The notes below the pieces were generated by a model. The model was not told where the DNA came from and made no database searches. It saw only the letters and a list, made by a program, of their open reading frames with translations. The translations under genes and the position numbers were made by a program. A stretch of 61,024 nt of DNA, the filler included, from Dugesia japonica (taxonomy: Eukaryota): NCBI GenBank assembly GCA_001938525.1. It is 6 parts of 6 records of this genome, joined end to end, with 100 filler letters (N's around TTAATTAATTAA, not from the genome) between each part and the next. Parts side by side here need not be neighbours in the genome. Positions count along the whole stretch, not along the records: positions 52,673 to 61,024 come from MQRL01367174.1; 5 more parts are not named here. The stretch is one strand, 5' to 3'. Positions 52,951 to 61,024 of this stretch are shown in pieces. Positions within the stretch are counted from its first letter, which is position 1, and the number at the start of each line of letters is the position of its first letter.

Positions 52951-53699
52951 CTGATATTATTTTGGAGCCTCTTCAAAACTTTTTTTGATATTACGTTGCA
53001 AACAAATAAATAGCTGTTTTTTGACATTTTTGTTATTGACGATAATTTTTAAAATATAATTTTGTTTTATTATTCTAAAGAAAGTCATTATTTTGAAGCA
53101 CGTTTTACGATTTAATAATAACAATGTATTCAAGGTCATTATTGAAAATATTCCTGGCTGTTAGGTAAATCTTCATGTAGGATGAATCTGTCACATTTAT
53201 CTTTGCATTTATAAATTAAATACTTTTCATTTTAAGATTTATTTAAGTTTTATAAGTTTTATTAATAATAAATTTCACAAATGTTTTATGAGTTAATAAA
53301 AAATATTTAATTAAATAATTTTAATAATTTCGTCTCAATATACAAAAATTTAAAACTGCTTTTAAAACTACTTTAAACTTCAAATGATAAATTTTTTTAA
53401 AAATCAGAACTATTACTTTTAAACATATTTTAATTTCACTATTAACTCAAATAACTTTTTTGAATAAATATAAGGTAAATGGAAATAATTAATGTTAATT
53501 TTGGGAAACACCACATGCAAAATATTACATGCAAACATCACATGCAAGTCTCAAATAAACATCCAAAGTACGTATACACAAAAAAACAACAAATAAATAA
53601 TAAATCTCAAACAGTGAGGCCTATCACCGACAATCTAATCAATCAATACAATCCAGCATCCAAGCTATTTGAGCCAATTTAAGATTTGCATTATTTTGT

Positions 53700-54640
53700 T
53701 TGACAAATCCTAACTATTTTATATCTGTTAGACAATTTTATCTTTGTGTTGAGGGTGTGAGTATAATATTTGACAATAACAATTCTTATTATTCTATTTG
53801 GTTTGGCAATTGTATCTTTTATTTTTGTTTGGCAATTCTCTTTTATTTTATATGTATTTAATAATCATTTATCTTGAAATCTCGCATTAATTAAATCTTG
53901 AATTATGTTGAACTGTTTTTCGATTTGTCCATTTGCAGTGTGATGATAAGGACTCGAAAAGCAAATTTTAGTATCTAGCTTTTGTGCCAACCCTCTCATA
54001 ACTCTGGATTCAAAGGCTTTTCCACAATCTAGTTTCATCTCTCTTAGTCTTATCTCTCAATATTCACTTCTCACAAATAGTTTTTCGTATTGTTTCCTCG
54101 TCTTGTTTATGCAATGCTATAAGAACTAGATATTTATTATACTTATTTATTATTCCAAGAATGTATTTCTTCAGTCCACTTGTTTCCCTCATTATCCACA
54201 TATAACTGTAAATATGACTTCAAACAAATTTGTAGCTTCTTAACTTTTAGTCAAATCTTTAGTTGCTGTCGTTTCTACTTTAGTTTTCTGGTTAATTTTA
54301 TAGTTACAAATTATCTTCTGTATTTGTCTCCACAAATTTTTCACAATTTATTTGTCTCTCATATATTCGTACACCTTTTAACTTCTGTATGTCATAATAG
54401 TTTGTGTATTTTTTCTATTATTTACGCATTTTGTCAAATAGAATTTTTGTTTTCTTGATTAAATATTTTTCTTCAAAAATATTCTAGGTAGCCTTCTTTT
54501 TCTTTTCAATTGTGTTCAATATTCTTATTTTAATTTTCCCTTTCTTAGCATTTTCATGTAACATTTGAGACTGCACACATACCTCACATCTTAGTCTAGA
54601 TAACACATCCACATATCATTTTGAATTCCTTTCTTTAATC
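53700..54640 (-). pseudogene. Gypsy-type integrase relic
   Basis: Reverse translation LDCGKAFESRVMRGLAQKLDTKICFSSPYHHTANGQIEKQFNIIQDLI. Confidence 0.7.
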
Positions 54641-54645
54641 TAATA

Positions 54646-56570
54646 CAGTGTTTCTCCAACTTTTCTGGACCACGAACCACTTTTTGAAGATTTGAATTTT
54701 CCATGGACCCCTTATTATATTTGAAACTTTTATCAACCAAAGAAACGTATTTAATACATATCAAAATCTTTATTAATTCAAAATTAAATGTTCATGTGTT
54801 CTATTTTCGTTATTGTTTAAGTTGGTGACTCATATGTTTTTTAATAATATCAAATTATAACGCCAATAATGCTTAATTTGGTTTCAAAGTAGAATATAAT
54901 AATCTTAATTTTCATTGCAAAACACGGAAACAAAATTGTTAAAAAACTAAATTTATTAATTAGTGAATTTTATTTTATAACATTAAAAATTTAATGTGAT
55001 GGATGTATCTCATGAGGTTTCATTTTTGTCAGTAAAAGTCTTAAATCTCCACGATGGAATATTTGAAGTCTATTAATTTTGTTTGTTAAAAGATTTGTAA
55101 CCACACTAAAACCTACTTCAACTAAATATGATGAAGGAAATGAGATTAAAAGATTTCTGACTATTCTCCATAATTTGGGATAGGTCTTTGAAATTTATTA
55201 TTGTAACCAGAATTATTGATATCCATTTTTGAATTTAAATTTCAACTCAAATTTGGTGTGTAACTCTAGTAATTCTTCTTGTATTTAAAAAGATTATTCA
55301 GTAATTACACCTTCAAATTGGTCTGAAACCCAATCAGGTATTTTCATTTTAAAATATGCGCAAATTGATAATTAAAATCAGAATATAAAAGTTCAAGGTG
55401 ATTACAATAGGCAAGAATGTAATCTTCATTAGTACTTGCGGCAGCTAAATTTGAAAATTGAATAATTTCACCTCGTTCTAGATTCTGTTTATAAAGAAAA
55501 GTCTTTTCAACAAATCCAGATAAAAGTGATTTGACTTTTATAAAGTTTAAATCATCACCTTTAAATTTCAGATTCATATTGTTAAATTTACCAAATAAAT
55601 CAGTCAAGTATGCAATATCATTTCTTAATTAAATAAATTTCTGTTGAAACTAATAATTTATTTTGCAGAAATTCTTTACCAGAATTATAAAAACAATAAA
55701 ACCTATCAAAACAAGAACCTTTTGAGAGCCAGCGAATTTCATTATGTAGCAATAAATGATTAAACTCTTCGTCATTTTTGATACAAAGTTGACTGACCAA
55801 TTTTGAATTAAGTGAGTTACTTTTAATTTTATTTATAACTTTTATGACACAATTCAGTGATTCATGTAATCGCGTACTTAAGTTTTTAGCAACAAGATGT
55901 TGTCGGCGAATGACACAATGTATAGCTATAATGTTTGGAAGAAATTTTCTGAGATAAGCTATAAACCCTTTATGATGACCTTTCATCGCCATAGCTCCGT
56001 CTGTATCGACTGTTTAAATATTATTTAACGGTATTTCTTTCTTGTCAAAAAATTCCTTCAATACAAGAAATAAAGATTCACCTTTAGTGTCAGTTTCCAA
56101 ATTTTTGGAACAAAGTAATTTCTGATATATTATTTTATCTTTTATGTATCGAACATATGCCAAAAGTAATGCATCATTACCAGGTAGTGTTGACTCATCT
56201 AATTGTAAACAAAAAAATATTTTTGTAAATATTCATCATAGAGAAAATCAACATCCTGAGCCATCTCATCAATTCTCCTTTGACCTGTACTATTGCTCAG
56301 AAGTATTTTCATGAAGCCGGCTTGTGCATCACTGTATTAATTACTGCACAAATCGCAGGAAGAATAAATTCTTCATTGATACTATGAGGCTTTCCAGTTT
56401 TAGAAATCAATAACGATATGTTATATGATCCACTTAATCCATCATTATCTTGTTTTGACCCAGTTTAAAATAGATCTTTCAATTAAGGTGGGTTAACATA
56501 TTTTCTTTTAAGTTCTTGAAAATAAGAAACATCTTTATCTTTTAAATTACTGTGAATTTCATTAAATACT
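54646..56570 (-). mobile_element. hAT (Buster/Charlie, ZBED8/SCAND3-like) transposon, 5'-truncated, transposase decayed (54992-56570)
   Basis: TIR CAGTGTTTCTCCAAC; LQLDEST, AIHCVIRRQHLVAK, LLLHNEIRWLSKG, YLTDLFGKFN, FPSSYLVEVGFS, terminal HPSH*. Confidence 0.9.
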
Positions 56571-58221
56571 GTAGAGTAGGAGGATAATAGTCACAATTTA
56601 AAATTTAAAATGGTCACAATTTTTTAAAGCAGTTATCGCGCCCTGGAGTGGGGGGTCGACAACTGCTTACGATTGTGACTGAATTTTTGTGACCATATTT
56701 TTGTGATGGCGTTTTTTTCAAAGATTTTTGAGATCAAATTTTTTTGTTTGGATCAGATTTTTGATCCTGGAAATGTGTGTGTAATTTAAATTTTTAAAAT
56801 TTGTGTGTTTGGGTTGCTAAGGGGGTTTTTAAAAAGTTGGTCAAATTGAGTTTGTGTGTATGTGAGTGTGTGTGTGAAAAAGGAATTTGGAAGATCTTGC
56901 CAATAATTTTTCTAAACTTTTTAAGATTTGGTTTTTTTTGGATAAAATTTCGGTCTATACATTGTTAAAAGGACTTATAGGGTAGGATGGATGGTTTTTC
57001 ATAGAAGGGTAGTGGCGCACGGGCAGAATTTTATGAGTAATCGTGCGTGACTTTTGAGAGGGTGTAGGTTTGTATGAGGTTAGTTAGATTTTGTTGGTTG
57101 ATGGGTTGTTGGAAAGGTAATGTGATGGGGAAGATGGTGATTGTCAAATCTCCTTTGATTTTTGATTTAAAGGGCTTGAATTTCATTGTTTAATATTTGC
57201 AAGTGTTAAAAAAATTTCGGGCGGTGTAGAGTGGTTTGGGTGTAAAGAGAATTAATTTTCAGATTTTTTAAGAATTATTTGAAATTTTTCGGTTGAGAGT
57301 GTGTGACGTAATAATGTTTTGAAATCTTCATTTTTGGTTAAAATGCTATATTTTGCAACTATAAAAACAATGCAGATAATATTGTTGCGCAGTTTATGTT
57401 ACCGACTCTGCCCGTTATTAATAGCTGAGTAGTGAGTAAAATAAATAACGCAGCGCATATATAATAAAAAATTTGGGGGGCTCGGTATTCTATAACGCGT
57501 AAATGCGTAAAATATTAAAAAAATTATTAAATAAGTGAAAAAATAACAAAATTTTTTTTTGTTCTAATTAACAAATAATTTTTTTTGTTTTAAATAACAA
57601 ATAAATTAAGTGGAAAATTCAAATTTCAAAAAATTTTTGTAGGGAAATTAAAAAAAAAAATTTTTTTGGCAAGAAATTCAAAAAAAACTTTTATGGTGGG
57701 AAATTCAAAGAATATTTTTTGGCTGGAAATTTAAAAAACTCTATATTTTGCATGAGATGGGGCGGAGTCTCTATATTTTACATGAGATGGGCAGTCTAAA
57801 ATTCATAGGGTGATTTTTAGTGTATATGTGTTTCATCTGAGTTGAATCTAAATTGCATACTTATTGCATTTATTAAACAAATCAGTAAAAATTCAAAATT
57901 GTGGCTATTTTGAGTTTTAAAAAATTAAATTGGCGGCTATATTGAGTTTTAAAAATTTCTTTTTGGTGGGAAATTTTGTAAAAATTCTCAGGCGCATGAT
58001 TTTCAGTGTATGTGTGTTGAATTTTTGTTGCATCTGAGTTGCATAACTATTGCATTTATTAATTAAAATTTCCAGGCTCGTGATTTTCAGTAAATTAAAA
58101 ATATCCAAAGAGGAGAGTCTTTGCAATATTTTTGTGATAAAATACATCCATTAAAAAACTTCAAAGAAGGAAGTCTTTGAAATATTTGCATTATAAAAAT
58201 TTTCCTTTACAAGATGATGAA

Positions 58222-58621
58222 AGTAGATAGATAGTAGCGCACTGTACCACCCTCCCTCAAGGTCAAATTTTTTTAAGGTCACTGGTACAGTATATTCAAT
58301 TCTGATTGGTCAGTGGTATAGTAAAACTCGATTCTGATTGGTCGAAATTTTCAAGGTAATTTTAGTTCAAGCTCACTGGTACATAGTATACTAGATTTTG
58401 ATTAGATAAAATTTTCAAGGTCATAATTTCAAGGTCATTGGTATAGTATACTGGATTCTGAATGGTCGAAATTTTCAAGGTCATATTAGTTCAAGGTCAC
58501 TGGTACATAGTATACTCAATTCTGATTGGCGGGCCATTTTAAGGTCAAAGTTGCTCATTTTACACTATTTTGATTGATCGAAATTTTCAAGGTCATATAG
58601 GTCCAAGGTCACTGGTACATA
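58222..58621 (+). mobile_element. Polinton-type TIR start with ~60-bp tandem subrepeats
   Basis: AGTAGATAGATAGTAGCGC start, then repeated TCAAGGTCA / CTGGTACATAGTATACT / CTGATTGGTCGAAATTT units. Confidence 0.65.
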
Positions 58622-59487
58622 TGTTGAGATCTGAGATCTTTATAGTACAACACAGCATACAGACAAAACAAACATAATAAAAAACAATGACATGAGATTC
58701 GAACCACACCTGATAAATTCAAATGAACAGCAATCCTGGTTCAACATTCGATACAAACCAATTCAAAATCTGATCATTCTGTTACTTTGTCTATATTTAT
58801 GTGAAGAACTACCTTGTATATATTTATGTGAAGAATACTTTTATGTTATCTTGAACAATTATTTTATTTATGATTAAAATTTTATTTTAAACATTATTTC
58901 ATTTTTTGGAACATTTGAACAATGAATTTTATTTGTGATCAATTTTTATTTTTGAACATTTATTTTGGTTTTTAAACATTTATATTATAAATAATAATTT
59001 TATTTTATTTTGAACAATTAATTTTGTTTTAATGGTCTATTTTATTATAAAAAAATATCTATTAGCGACAATTATATTTTGATCAATTTAGTGGTGTGTG
59101 TATAGGCCTATGTATGTAAAATCAGGATAAATACTGATCAGTTTTAGTTATTTTTCAGTAACTTTTAATTCAGCTAGAATCCAACCTCTCTGGGCGGCAT
59201 CTCTAGTTCGTTTCTAAAATACTGCCGATAAGACATAAGGTGTTTATAGTCTATATTGTGTATACATAAAAAAAAAATACTTTTAAAAGGTATTTACTAG
59301 TTATTTATATAAGGCGTATACATTATATCACTCTATTTATAAATTTTGGTAAATATTGTTTATATAATATCGTACTAACATACAAAGCGTAAAATACAAC
59401 ACCCATAAAATCTATAAACATATTATTGAAGAATAATTATAAAGTAATCAAACCATAAAATAACTGGTTGAGTAAAAATACACAACA
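58622..59487 (+). repeat. Putative 5' LTR of a second Gypsy family
   Basis: TGTTGAGAT...ATACACAACA interrupts a Polinton subrepeat and is followed by a PBS and gag. Confidence 0.55.
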
Positions 59488-59491
59488 AATT

Positions 59492-59510
59492 TAGTGCCGC
59501 AAACCGGGAC
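59492..59510 (+). promoter_or_regulatory. Primer-binding site (tRNA-Phe-like)
   Basis: TAGTGCCGCAAACCGGGAC resembles TGGTGCCGAAACCCGGGA, the complement of the tRNA-Phe 3' end. It lies 4 nt after ...CAACA. Confidence 0.6.
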
Positions 59511-59800
59511 TCAAAATAATAAAAATTATTAAAATTAGTTTAAAATCAAGCGGGTGTTCAGACCTTCATTAAAATATACCGTGTATTGATCAGTTTGATA
59601 TCAGATATTGGAGAAAATCCTACTACNNNNNNNNNNNAAAGTTGATTAATTTGATTATCCTAAGTTTGGTATTACATTTGGATTGAATTCCTGTCGCAAT
59701 CTCTTGCCAAAGTTCTGATAATATAAAATCAGTTCCCTTTAAGTAATAAAGTTAAAAGTGATACAAAGTTTACCGGTTGAAACGATACCGAAGAAAATAA

Positions 59801-61024
59801 TTGTCAGTATTCCAGTTGAAAGAAACTGAAGGAATAATTATTGAAGAGAATATAGTATATAATTTGAGAAACAGAGAGATCAGAAAGGTGGCTGCAGCAA
59901 ATAATACTAATGAAAATATGCCACTAAAGAATTTAATAATTAATGAGCAAGTAGGTGGTGGATTTGGATACCGTGATAACTTGAATATATTACCTATACA
60001 GTTCTATGCAGGGAAACCTGAGGAGTTCGACGAGTACTTTGAGCATATGCAGGTTTGTGCCACAGCCAGTGGATGGACAGAAGCAGAATTAATTAAAAGA
60101 TTGCCACTTTATCTAAAGGAATATGCATTAAAATGTTATAAAAATTTGGATGTCAAACCTGATAAATGGAATGAATTAATAGCAAAATTGAGAAAAAAGG
60201 TAATAGTTCGAAGTGAATTAGAAAGAATTTGTATATAAAAGTTTAGAGATAGAACACTATTAGCAAATGAAACAGTGGGCGAATATATATACGGATTAAC
60301 AATATTAGCAGAACAGGCTTTTGGAAAAGGAGATAATACGGGTCATATTATAGAGTTTCAATTCCTAAATGAGACACATAAACATATTCGCGATGCTCTA
60401 ATTGCAGCAGAGTATAAAAATTTAGAAGAACTAACAACAAAAGCGAGACGAATTGAGGCAAATACAAAACATCAAGAGAAAACCAGACAAATATATGCAA
60501 TTGAAAGAAATAACGAAGAATTGTCATGGAACGAGATGAGAAAAGCATATCAGAATCGTCAATATAGTAGAAAAGAGCAAGATGTAAAATTTAAAACGGA
60601 TTACTACCAAAGAAATGATAGCAACTACAACAGAAACTCAAGTCCTGGAAGAAATTACAATAACTATAATAGAAATTCAAGCCCTGGAAGGAGTTATAAC
60701 AACTATAATAGAAATTTCAGCCCAGGTAAAAATTATGACAGAAACGCAAGTCCAGCGAAAGGATATAATCGAGATAATCGAGGATATAGTCCAAAGAGAT
60801 ATGANNNNNNNNNNNNNNNNNNNNNNNNNNNNNNNNNNNNNNNNNNNNNNNNNNNNNNNNNNNNNNNNNNNNNNNNNNNNNNNNNNNNNNNNNNNNNNNN
60901 NNNNNNNNNNNNNNNNNNTAGAAATAAACCAAAGGATTCCAGAAGTATTTTAAAGAAAAATGTATCATTCAGCCAAGAAACAAGAGAAGCTAATGCTATT
61001 GAAGTAATTGATAATAAAACTTAT
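59801..61024 (+). pseudogene. Gypsy gag, decayed, with RNxSPG repeats
   Basis: FYAGKPEEFDEYFEHMQVCATASGW..LPLYLKEYALKCY..W..L, ETVGEYIYGL..LAEQAF, then RNSSPGRNYNNYN repeats. Confidence 0.85.

Noticed and set aside
58250-58620. CRISPR-like repeat array (also 30140-30290 and 51530-51690)
   Set aside because: Degenerate tandem repeats without unique spacers, in a eukaryotic context with no cas genes.

Overview
AT-rich eukaryotic (metazoan) genomic DNA, probably a flatworm/planarian (inferred from ~45-nt introns and Burro-like giant Gypsy elements). It consists of six contigs joined by artificial N44-TTAATTAATTAA-N44 linkers, so adjacency across linkers is not proven. Host genes: seven exons of an axonemal dynein heavy chain (DNAH3-like, - strand, 21572-27903) and an intact 5-exon type I membrane protein gene (48752-49587). 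Most of the rest is mobile DNA. (1) A decayed Polinton/Maverick (12900-19615) with packaging ATPase, integrase, penton, core proteins, major capsid and pPolB, plus a TATA-binding-protein-like gene that the ORF track misses, set head-to-head with the ATPase. Several more AGTAG-type Polinton ends and a second ATPase occur elsewhere. (2) A giant Ty3/Gypsy element (~30300-39892) with pol, env-like membrane ORFs and a BIR/IAP gene that runs into a TGTTGGGG...CCCCAACA LTR. Two more copies of this gene-carrying LTR are present, and the solo LTR with a 4-bp TSD has lost a 1523-bp GT-AG intron precisely. (3) A second Gypsy family (LTR, PBS, gag), hAT/Buster, Merlin and Tc1/mariner relics, MITEs, and a Penelope-type minimal hammerhead ribozyme.
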